This document shows, piece after piece, positions 35,768-43,895 of a DNA stretch of 64,000 nt. Made by a program: the position numbers and the translations under genes. The notes beneath the pieces are model-generated. The model was not told the DNA's origin. It was given only the letters and a program-made list of their open reading frames with translations, and ran no database searches. Source of the DNA: Oscillospiraceae bacterium. Its GTDB lineage: Bacteria > Bacillota > Clostridia > Oscillospirales > CAG-272. The stretch is from NCBI GenBank assembly GCA_015063625.1, contig SVTT01000005.1:44979-108978 (forward strand). Reading direction: 5' to 3'. Within the stretch, counting starts at the first letter, position 1; each line of letters begins with the position of its first letter.

Positions 35768-35984
35768 GTGTAAAAACCTCCAAAAATATATAAGATAAAC
35801 AAAAATGAAGCGACGTGTGCGGGACAAGATCACGGGAGCCTGTCCTCTCCTGCACACAGCGCTAATTATTATAACATAAATATGCAAAAAGAGCAAGAAC
35901 TTTATGCCGAAATGTTTCCTTGTTTGTGCGTAAACTTTTTTTGAATACTGATATTTTTTTATCAAACTTTGCGACAAAAAGCAT

Positions 35985-36013
35985 TTGACAAACAAGGGGG
36001 CATCATGTATAAT
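35985..36013 (+). promoter_or_regulatory. sigma-A type promoter of pth-mfd
   Basis: TTGACA (35985-35990), a 17-nt spacer, then TATAAT (36008-36013). Confidence 0.55.
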
Positions 36014-36114
36014 AATAAGCGGTGACGGGCACCGTGCCCGTCGGTGTGAACGAATTTCGTCGGCGCGTGCATTCGCGGCGGCGTTTCTGTGCTGTATTCT
36101 GAAAGTGAGGCGCC

Positions 36115-36756
36115 ATGGCAAGCATTTTTGATCTCTTTAAAAAAATCGAGGGTGAAAGGGCAACGCCCGCAGGCCCCCCTGCCTATCTGCTGGTGGGGCT
36201 CGGCAATCCCGGGGACAAGTATACCTACACCCGACACAACGTGGGCTTTCTTGCACTGGACAGCCTTGCCGAGCTCTACGGTGTCCGTATTGACCGTGCC
36301 CGCTTTAAGGCGATGGTGGGGGAGGCAACGCTGGAGGGACACCGCGTGCTTTTGATGAAGCCCCAGACCTTTATGAATCTTTCCGGAACTGCCGTGCGCG
36401 AGGCGGCGTCCTTTTACAACATCCCCCCCGAGCACATTATCGTGATCTATGATGACGTCAATCTCGACGTCGCACGGCTTCGGGTGCGGGGCAAGGGGAG
36501 CGACGGGGGGCACAACGGCATCAAGAGCATCGTTGCCGAGCTCGGGTCGGATGCCTTTCCCCGTATCCGCATCGGTGTGGGTAAAAAGCCCCATCCCGAC
36601 TACGATCTTGCCGATTGGGTGCTCTCCGAGCTGCACCGCGAGGAAAGGGAGCTGCTGGCAAAGACGGTGCCCACCGTCCGCGAGGGCGTTTCGCTGCTGC
36701 TGAAGGGAGAGCTTTCTGCGGCAATGAGCCGCTGTAACGGAGCACTGCCATGCTGA
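36115..36756 (+). CDS. pth: peptidyl-tRNA hydrolase
   Basis: 213 aa with LLVGLGNPGDKYTYTRHNVGF, QTFMNLSG and GSDGGHNGIKS. It has a ~20-aa N-terminal extension relative to the core. Confidence 0.92.
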   Translation: MASIFDLFKKIEGERATPAGPPAYLLVGLGNPGDKYTYTRHNVGFLALDSLAELYGVRIDRARFKAMVGEATLEGHRVLLMKPQTFMNLSGTAVREAASFYNIPPEHIIVIYDDVNLDVARLRVRGKGSDGGHNGIKSIVAELGSDAFPRIRIGVGKKPHPDYDLADWVLSELHREERELLAKTVPTVREGVSLLLKGELSAAMSRCNGALPC

Positions 36757-39700
36757 GTGTTGAGGCACTGCGCCTTGACGGGGAATACCGTCAGCTCTGC
36801 GCGGATGCGTGCGCCGCGCTCGGCACGCGATCCTTGCCCTTTGCCGTCTGCGGCCTTTGCGACGGCGCCGCCGATGCCATGCTGGCGGCGCTCCTCGAGG
36901 ATACGGCAGGAGCGCGTCGCTCTGCGGCGCTGCTGCTCTTGCCCGAGGAGAAGGAATGCGTGCGGTTGCAGAAATATCTGACCGCATGTGGGCTGCGTGC
37001 CGCCTTTTTCACGGCACGTGACCTGACCTTTTACAATATTACGGCTTCGCATGAGTACGAATATGAGCGCCTTGGCGTGCTTTGGGGACTTATGGGAGGC
37101 GATTTTGACGTGGTGCTGACCACGCCCGATGCAGCGCTTGGCTTTACGGTGTCAAGAGAACGGCTGAAGAAGGCGACACTGACGGTGGACACCGCATCAA
37201 GACTGGAGCCTGCCGAGCTTTCTTCGGCGCTTGTTGCCGCAGGCTACGTCCGTGTCGATCTTGTGGAGGGTGCGGGGCAGTTTGCCCTGCGCGGCGGCAT
37301 CATCGACGTCTTTCCTCCCAATCTGCGCGCTCTGACGACGGATGGGCAGCTGATCACGGCTCCCGCGCCCCTGCGTATTGAGCTTTTCGGGGACGAGGTG
37401 GACCGTATGGGGCTCTTTGACGTGGAGAACCAGCGACTTCATACGGGCGTGGTAAGCTGTGAGCTGCCCCCTGCCCGTGAGGTGCTGATCGACGCCGAGG
37501 TGCGCGAGGCTTTGAAGCGTGCGGTGCGCGAGCAGCTTTCGAGATGCCAAAGCAGGGAAGCGAGTGAGGAGCTCCAAAAGGAGCTTGCCGAGCTTGATGT
37601 GGGCATCGATGTGCGCTTTGCCGATAAATATCTTTCGCTGATCGACCCCGCACGAGAGTGCCTGCTTTCCTATTTTACCCCCAAAACGGTGGCGATTTTG
37701 CGCGGAACCAACGCCATTCGCGACCGCCTGAAGGCAGCGATCTGGCACCGTGACGAGAGCGTGAAGGAGCTGGTTGAGGGGGGGACGGTGCACCCTCGCT
37801 ATGCAGAGTACGGACATCCCGCGTCGGTGCTTGAGAGCTTCCTTGACGGGGCGCTGACGCTTCACGTCGATTCGATCGCCGAGGGGCTTTCGGGAAAGCG
37901 CCTCGGTGGGCTTTACAGCTTTCGCAGCAAGCATACGGTGGCATACGGGGATCAGCTTTCGCTCCTGGAGGAGGATCTGCAAAGCTACGTTGCCACGGGA
38001 AGGCGCATCGTCATTGCCGCTGAGAGCGAGGTGTCTGCCAGGGGTATCCTTTCCTATCTCGGGGATCGGGGCTATCTCGTGACCCCTGCCGAGAGTGGCT
38101 CGGATCTCCCACAAGAGGGAGAGATCGCAGTGGTGGCGAAGGAGCCAACCCTCGGCTTTGAGCTTGCGGGTGCGGGGATCGTGGTGCTCTCGCTTGCCGA
38201 GGAGGGGCGTGTCGGCGGTCTTTCGATGACGGGGCGCGTGCGTACCGCGAAAAAGAAAAAGGATGCGCGACGTGCCGTGCTTTCCTATGCCGATCTGCAG
38301 GTTGGCGATCTCGTGGTACACGAATCCCACGGCATCGGCAGATATATGGGACTTGAAACACTGACCATCGACGGAGTGACCCGTGATTACGTCAGCATTC
38401 AGTATGCGGGCTCGGATAAACTCTTTTTGCCCTGCGACCGTCTTGACGCCGTGTCGAAATATATCGGTGCACACGCCGACGACGGCATGGTCAAGCTCTC
38501 GCGCTTTGGGGGCGGAGAATGGAAAAAGGCGAAGGCTCGCGCCAAGGCGGCGGTCAAGGATATGGCAAAGGATCTCATACGCCTGTATGCCGAGCGCGAG
38601 CGCCGACCGGGCTTTGCCTTTCCGCCCGACGATGCCGATCAGCAGGATTTTGAGGCGGCATTTGATTATACCGAAACCGAGGGGCAGATCGCGGCGGCGG
38701 ATGAGATCAAGGAGGATATGATGCGTGCCGCCCCCATGGATCGCTTGCTTTGCGGTGATGTAGGCTTCGGAAAGACCGAGGTGGCACTGCGCGCCGCTTA
38801 TAAGGCGGTGCTCGCGGGCAAGCAGGTCGCGATCCTTGTGCCCACCACCATTCTGGCATTGCAGCATTTTCAGACCATCCAGTCCCGTATGCGCGCCTTT
38901 GCGGTCAGCGTGGATATGCTCTCGCGCTTCCGTACAGCAAAGCAGCAGCAGGAAACGCTGCGCCGCCTGGCACGGGGCGATATTGATATCATCGTGGGCA
39001 CGCACCGCCTTGTTTCCAAGGACGTGAGGTTCCGCGATCTTGGGTTGCTCATTGTGGACGAGGAGCAGCGCTTCGGCGTGGCGCAAAAGGAAAAGCTCAA
39101 AAGCCTTGCGGGCAACGTCGACGTGCTGACCCTGACGGCAACGCCCATTCCGCGCACACTCAATATGGCAATGAGTGGCATCCGAGACATTTCGGTTCTG
39201 GACGAGGCGCCGGGTGACCGCCTGCCCGTGCAGACCTACGTGCTGGAGGATGATCCCCTCATCATCCATGAGGCGATCCGCAGAGAGCTGCGGCGGGGCG
39301 GTCAGGTCTTTTATCTGCACAACGCGGTCGAGGATATCCACGCCACAGCGGCAAGGCTGTCGGCGGCGATCCCCGAGGCGTCGATCACCGTGGCACACGG
39401 ACAGATGGATAAGGATGCACTGGAGCGCATCTGGCGTGATATGATCGAGGGTAAGATCGACATCCTGGTCAGCACCACCATCATCGAAACCGGCATCGAC
39501 GTGCCCAACGCCAATACGCTCATTGTGGATCACGCACACCGTCTGGGGCTTTCCCAGCTGCATCAGATCCGCGGCAGGGTGGGACGCTCTCCCCGCCGCG
39601 CCTATGCCTACTTCACCTATCCCGCGGGGCGGGCGCTCGGTGACGTCCAGCGCAAGCGCCTTGAGGCGATCCGTGAGTTTGCGGAGTTCGGTGCGGGCTT

Positions 39701-40304
39701 CCGCATCGCGCTGCGCGATCTTGAGCTGCGCGGCGCGGGCAATCTGCTCGGTGCGGAGCAGCACGGGCATCTTGATGCGGTGGGCTACGATCTGTATATC
39801 AAGCTGCTCAATGAGGCGGTTCTGGAGGAACGGGGAGAGGCGGTCAAGGAAAGGACCGAGTGTGTGGTCACGCTCTCCTATGATGCCTGCCTGCCCGAGC
39901 GCTACGTGGCCTCCTCCTCACAGCGCATGGCGCTTTACAAGCGCATCTCGCTCATTGCAAGCGAGGAGGATCGCACAGATATGACCGACGAGCTGTTGGA
40001 TCGCTACGGAGATCTGCCGCGTGCCGCCGAGAATCTGCTTTCGGTGGCGCTGGTTCGCTCGCTTGCCGAGCGCGCGGGCATCACGCAGATCAGGCAGGAC
40101 GGCAGGGAGATCGCCATTCATGCGCCCGATTTCGATATCGATGCGTGGATGGAGGTCGCCGCCCTATACAGCGGAAAGCTGCGGATGATGATGTCTGCCA
40201 CACCCTATATCCGCTACCGCCCCGCCTCGCAGGGGGCGGCGCTTGAGGAGCTGAAGCGGATTCTTTTGCTGCTCCTTGATAAGAAAGGGGTAGACAAAGC
40301 GTAA
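36750..40304 (+). CDS. mfd: transcription-repair coupling factor
   Basis: 1184 aa. The N-terminus is UvrB-like, followed by a CarD-like RID domain (VHESHGIGRY). Helicase motifs are GDVGFGKTEVA and DEEQRFGV, and a TRCF C-terminal domain is present. It overlaps the pth stop by 7 nt. Confidence 0.95.
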   Translation: MLSVEALRLDGEYRQLCADACAALGTRSLPFAVCGLCDGAADAMLAALLEDTAGARRSAALLLLPEEKECVRLQKYLTACGLRAAFFTARDLTFYNITASHEYEYERLGVLWGLMGGDFDVVLTTPDAALGFTVSRERLKKATLTVDTASRLEPAELSSALVAAGYVRVDLVEGAGQFALRGGIIDVFPPNLRALTTDGQLITAPAPLRIELFGDEVDRMGLFDVENQRLHTGVVSCELPPAREVLIDAEVREALKRAVREQLSRCQSREASEELQKELAELDVGIDVRFADKYLSLIDPARECLLSYFTPKTVAILRGTNAIRDRLKAAIWHRDESVKELVEGGTVHPRYAEYGHPASVLESFLDGALTLHVDSIAEGLSGKRLGGLYSFRSKHTVAYGDQLSLLEEDLQSYVATGRRIVIAAESEVSARGILSYLGDRGYLVTPAESGSDLPQEGEIAVVAKEPTLGFELAGAGIVVLSLAEEGRVGGLSMTGRVRTAKKKKDARRAVLSYADLQVGDLVVHESHGIGRYMGLETLTIDGVTRDYVSIQYAGSDKLFLPCDRLDAVSKYIGAHADDGMVKLSRFGGGEWKKAKARAKAAVKDMAKDLIRLYAERERRPGFAFPPDDADQQDFEAAFDYTETEGQIAAADEIKEDMMRAAPMDRLLCGDVGFGKTEVALRAAYKAVLAGKQVAILVPTTILALQHFQTIQSRMRAFAVSVDMLSRFRTAKQQQETLRRLARGDIDIIVGTHRLVSKDVRFRDLGLLIVDEEQRFGVAQKEKLKSLAGNVDVLTLTATPIPRTLNMAMSGIRDISVLDEAPGDRLPVQTYVLEDDPLIIHEAIRRELRRGGQVFYLHNAVEDIHATAARLSAAIPEASITVAHGQMDKDALERIWRDMIEGKIDILVSTTIIETGIDVPNANTLIVDHAHRLGLSQLHQIRGRVGRSPRRAYAYFTYPAGRALGDVQRKRLEAIREFAEFGAGFRIALRDLELRGAGNLLGAEQHGHLDAVGYDLYIKLLNEAVLEERGEAVKERTECVVTLSYDACLPERYVASSSQRMALYKRISLIASEEDRTDMTDELLDRYGDLPRAAENLLSVALVRSLAERAGITQIRQDGREIAIHAPDFDIDAWMEVAALYSGKLRMMMSATPYIRYRPASQGAALEELKRILLLLLDKKGVDKA

Positions 40305-40369
40305 AAAATGCGTTATACTTTAAGCATGGCGCTTCTGTGTACAATCGAAAAAAGGATCGAAAACCGAAC

Positions 40370-41653
40370 ATGAAAAAAACATTTTGCGCGCTGCTTGCGC
40401 TTCTGCTCACGCTCACCGTGCTTCTCTCGGGCTGTGCCACGAGAGGTGAGACTCTCCTGAAGGCGGGGGGAGAGGAGATCTCGGTCGACGTGTTTCAGCT
40501 CTATCTCTCCCGCTTCAAGGGCTCGCTTGCCACGGCAGGCTACGACGTCGATTCGGAGAGCTTCTGGAAGACCTATATCGGCACTGACAACACCACCACC
40601 TCCGAGTACTATACGAAGCAGGTCTTTGAGGGGCTGCGTCACATTGCTGCGGCAATGATCATTTACGACGAGCTGGGGCTTTCGCTTGACAAGGACACCG
40701 AGCAGTCGATCGAGGATTGGATCGATGCGCTGATCGAGGAGATGGGAGAGGGCTCCAAGAGCCATCTCAATTCCATCCTGTTCCCCTACGGTGCCAACGT
40801 CACCACCCTGCGCGATGCCGCGCTCATTGAGGCAAAGCTTTCAGCGCTCAAGGTGTATCTTTACGGCGAGGGGGGATCTCTGATCGGTGATACCGCCATC
40901 GAATCCTATTACCAGCAGACCTATTATCGCGGCTACCAGATGCAGCTTGCCAACTATTATTATGACCGCGAGAAGGATGACGACGGGCTGACGGTGTTCT
41001 ATACCGATGAGGAATTTAAGCACATTGCCTACGATACCGACGGAGAGGGCGTGACCAAAAGCGGCACGAAGGACAAATTCGGCGATGACGTCTACGTGCG
41101 CACGGTGGACGAAAAGGAGGTCGTCGCCTACGACACCGAAAAGGGCTTCCCCAAATACAAATACGATTCTAACGGCGAGATGATCGTCAAGCAGTACACC
41201 GAGGCGGAGATGGCGCTGCGTCTTGAGCGCGCCGAGGAGATCGCCGAGCAGTGCATCGATAACGAGGCACTGTTCCTGCAGTGCATGAAGGATTATTCGG
41301 ATAACAGCAGGTTCAATGAAACTTACGCCCCTAACGGGATGTATTTTTCGGTTGGCTCGTATACGACCGATGCGATCTTTACCACCTTTTCCAATGAGCT
41401 TGCCAAGCTGGAGATCGGTCAGCTTGCCGTGCTGAATTCCGATTCCGGCTACTACATCCTGATGCGTGCGGAGCTGGATAAGGGTGCGTGGCAAAACGAG
41501 GCGAACAGTCGCTGGTTCTCTACGCTGCGCGGTCTTACGCTGGAGTATATGCTGCAGCAGCGTACCGCCGAGTATCTTGACCGCGTCGAGGTGAACGAGG
41601 AGCTGCTTGCCACGGTGAATATCACCATGGTCGGCAAAAATTTTTACTATTGA
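40370..41653 (+). CDS. PrsA/SurA-like foldase lipoprotein (SurA-N-like region plus a degenerate parvulin-type segment)
   Basis: ATG at 40370 (codon 12 of the track ORF). The lipobox is LLSGC. The C-terminal part, FSNELAKLEIGQLAVLNSDSGYYILMRAE, resembles the parvulin G-(Y/H)-H-I-I region. The position after mfd is typical for prsA-like genes in Clostridia. Confidence 0.6.
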   Translation: MKKTFCALLALLLTLTVLLSGCATRGETLLKAGGEEISVDVFQLYLSRFKGSLATAGYDVDSESFWKTYIGTDNTTTSEYYTKQVFEGLRHIAAAMIIYDELGLSLDKDTEQSIEDWIDALIEEMGEGSKSHLNSILFPYGANVTTLRDAALIEAKLSALKVYLYGEGGSLIGDTAIESYYQQTYYRGYQMQLANYYYDREKDDDGLTVFYTDEEFKHIAYDTDGEGVTKSGTKDKFGDDVYVRTVDEKEVVAYDTEKGFPKYKYDSNGEMIVKQYTEAEMALRLERAEEIAEQCIDNEALFLQCMKDYSDNSRFNETYAPNGMYFSVGSYTTDAIFTTFSNELAKLEIGQLAVLNSDSGYYILMRAELDKGAWQNEANSRWFSTLRGLTLEYMLQQRTAEYLDRVEVNEELLATVNITMVGKNFYY

Positions 41654-41664
41654 TCAAGCGGGGC

Positions 41665-41693
41665 TTGACAAGCCTTTGCCTTTGTGCTACACT
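41665..41693 (+). promoter_or_regulatory. sigma-A type promoter driving the TPP riboswitch
   Basis: TTGACA (41665-41670), a 17-nt spacer, then TACACT (41688-41693). Confidence 0.5.
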
Positions 41694-41699
41694 GTAAAA

Positions 41700-41810
41700 A
41701 ACCGCATAGAAATCGGGGGTGCTGCCAAACAGGGCGGCTGAGATGGGCAATGCCCAAACCCTTAAACCTGATACGGATAATGCCGGCGTAGGGAAGAGAT
41801 CGAGTATTCT
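41700..41810 (+). ncRNA. TPP (THI-box) riboswitch aptamer
   Basis: CGGGGGTGCTGCC...GGCGGCTGAGA...AACCCTTAAACCTGATACGGATAATGCCGGCGTAGGGAAG matches the THI element consensus (GGGGTGC / CTGAGA / ACCCTTTGAACCTGATCTGGATAATGCCAGCGTAGGGAA). Confidence 0.9.
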
Positions 41811-41846
41811 GTTACCGCACGGAGATTTTCGTGCGGTAATTTTATA
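41811..41846 (+). terminator. riboswitch expression-platform terminator
   Basis: TTACCGCACG-GAGATTTT-CGTGCGGTAA followed by TTTTAT, 18 nt before the thiT RBS. Confidence 0.7.
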
Positions 41847-41863
41847 TTCGAGGAGGATCTTTT

Positions 41864-42691
41864 ATGCAACATTCAACAAAGACCAAGGCACTGGTGGAGA
41901 GTGCACTGCTCGTCGCCTTTGCCACCGTTCTCTCGGTCCTGCCCGTGGCACAGCTGCCCTACGGTGGCTCGATCACGGTGGCATCCATGCTTCCCATTGT
42001 GATCATCTCTTACCGTAACGGTGTTGGAATGGGACTGGGTGCGGGGCTTGTATTCGGTGTGATCCAGCAGCTGCTGGGTCTGAACAATCTTACCTATTTT
42101 ACCACGTGGCAGTCGATCGTCGCCATCATTTTGCTGGATTATCTGGTGGCGTTTGCCGTCACAGGGCTTGGCGGTATCTTCCGCAGGGGGTTGAAGAGCC
42201 AGCCGCTTGCGCTTTGCGCGGGTGCCCTTCTTGTGTCGGTGCTGCGCTATGCCTGCCACGTGATCTCGGGTGCCACCGTCTGGGCGGGGCTTTCGATCCC
42301 CACCACTGCGGCACTCGCCTATTCCTTGATCTACAACGCCACGTATATGGTGCCGGAAGCAGTCGTTCTGCTGCTGGCGGCGGGCTATCTCGGCTCGGTG
42401 CTTGACTTTCGGGGGGAGCAGCTCGGGCGTATGGTGCGCTCGGAGAAGAAGACGCTCCGTCCTGCGCATATCGGGGGCAGTCTTGCGGGACTGCTTGCCG
42501 TCGGTGCGGTGGCGTTTGACACCGTGATGATCTTTTCGCACATGCAGGATCCCGAAAGCGGAGAATTCGCCGTGGCAGGGCTGCTTGCTGAGCCCTTTGC
42601 CGAAAGCTTCTGGCTGCCCGTCGTCATCGCTACCGCCGCGGCGGCGGTGCTGGCAGCGATCTCGGTGCTGCTGCTTCGTCCGCGCCGGTGA
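41864..42691 (+). CDS. thiT: ECF-type thiamine transporter S component ThiT with a C-terminal ~90-aa two-helix extension
   Basis: It lies downstream of the TPP riboswitch. The N-terminal ~185 aa have the six-helix ThiT pattern (LVESALLVAFATVLS...GGSITVASMLPIVIISYRNG...YACHVISGATVWA...YSLIYNATYMVPE). The total of 275 aa is longer than typical ThiT. Confidence 0.75.
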   Translation: MQHSTKTKALVESALLVAFATVLSVLPVAQLPYGGSITVASMLPIVIISYRNGVGMGLGAGLVFGVIQQLLGLNNLTYFTTWQSIVAIILLDYLVAFAVTGLGGIFRRGLKSQPLALCAGALLVSVLRYACHVISGATVWAGLSIPTTAALAYSLIYNATYMVPEAVVLLLAAGYLGSVLDFRGEQLGRMVRSEKKTLRPAHIGGSLAGLLAVGAVAFDTVMIFSHMQDPESGEFAVAGLLAEPFAESFWLPVVIATAAAAVLAAISVLLLRPRR

Positions 42692-42764
42692 TTCTTTCAT
42701 CGTCCTCTCTTGTCCCTGGCAAAGTGCAAGCATCGCATTTGACCCAACAAATGCAAATGGGCTA

Positions 42765-43217
42765 GGCAAGAGGGAGTGATCTGAACCCGCCCAAAAGCCC
42801 TGATTCCGATAGGGGGCGGCGCCTTCGACGACCCGTTTTTCGGCACCCTCGCGGCACGTTCGGATACGATCAAACCGGTAGGGGTCGGCGCCTTCGACGA
42901 CCCGTCTTTCGGCGCCCTCGGCGACTCATTCTTGGTTGCCGTTCGTTTGTAACGGGCTGCCGTGGGCGTTAGCCCCTACCATGTATGATATCACCCGAGC
43001 TTCGAGGGAACAGATTTTTGCGGCAGCATGGGCGGACATCTGCCACCAAAATCATCTTAAAATCAAGGCTTTGAGGGTCATCCGAGTTTTGAGAGAGCAA
43101 ATGTTTGCAGACGCAAGGGAAATTCTTGCAGTCATATGCGGATATGACAAGGGAATTCCCCGATGCGGATGCGGATATCTGCCTCTCAAAACCGAGTTCA
43201 GATCACTCCCTCTTGCC
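42765..43217. mobile_element. MITE copy 1 (453 bp) with 17-bp terminal inverted repeats, flanked by TA
   Basis: The TIRs are GGCAAGAGGGAGTGATC (42765-42781) and GATCACTCCCTCTTGCC (43201-43217), a perfect pair. TA lies at 42763-42764 and 43218-43219. There is no ORF of its own. Confidence 0.7.
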
Positions 43218-43219
43218 TA

Positions 43220-43493
43220 GGCAAGAGGGAGTGATCCAAACCCGCCCAAAAGCCCTGATTTTCAGCGCTTTCGGCGGCAAGTGCGCTTGTAAAGTCCGCA
43301 CTTGACTTCGCGCCCTTGCCACCAAAATCATCTTAAAATCAAGGCTTTGAGGGTCATTCGAGTTTTGAGAGAGCAAATATTTGCAGACGCAAGGGAAATT
43401 CTTGCAGTCATATACGGATATGACAAGGGAATTCCCCGATGCGGATGCGGATATCTGCCTCTCAAAACCGAGTTCAGATCGCTCCCTCTTGTC
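43220..43493. mobile_element. MITE copy 2 (274 bp), same family, abutting copy 1
   Basis: The TIRs are GGCAAGAGGGAGTGATC (43220-43236) and GATCGCTCCCTCTTGTC (43477-43493). TA flanks lie at 43218-43219 and 43494-43495. The 176-bp core 43318-43493 matches 43042-43217 with 5 substitutions. Confidence 0.7.
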
Positions 43494-43539
43494 TAAATTC
43501 CCTAAAGCTCTGCTTCACTTCGGGGATCCCTACGCAAGC

Positions 43540-43796
43540 ACAGAGAGCAGACACGCAAGACGCTTCGTCTTGCGTGTCTGCTCTTCTGTTAGTGATGTTT
43601 TTGCTATCGCAAAAGTGATGTTATTCGCTTCGCTCATCATGATGTTGCTCGCCAAGGCTCGCAGTGATGTGATGTTTGCCCACTGTGCCGAAGGCACAAC
43701 ATCATTCACGCAGTGAACATCACAAGGCGAAGCCGACATCACTTGCCCATAAGGGCAAACATCGTTTCGCGTGATACTCCGTTAAGAGTATCACGC
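43540..43796 (-). repeat. zipper element, copy D (word GTGATGTT / AACATCAC)
   Basis: Hairpin B is ACAGAGAGCAGACACGCAAGAC-GCTT-CGTCTTGCGTGTCTGCTCTTCTGT (43540-43589). GTGATGTT-type words lie at 43592, 43615, 43639 and 43664. AACATCA(C/T) lies at 43698, 43716 and 43735. Hairpin A is GCGTGATACTC..GAGTATCACGC (43769-43796). Confidence 0.75.
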
Positions 43797-43895
43797 TGTG
43801 CCGTCGGGTCTTTTTATGCTTTTCCCGATCGCTTTTTCTTGACAGAGCGCACAATTTGTGATATCATAATATGAGTTATAAGAAAGGCTGATGCT

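Noticed and set aside
33230-35773. 847-aa plus-strand ORF
   Set aside because: It is antisense to ppdK. The same low-complexity pattern rich in G, D, L, V and H applies.
37197-39770. 857-aa minus-strand ORF
   Set aside because: It is antisense to mfd, so it is a shadow ORF in GC-rich DNA.
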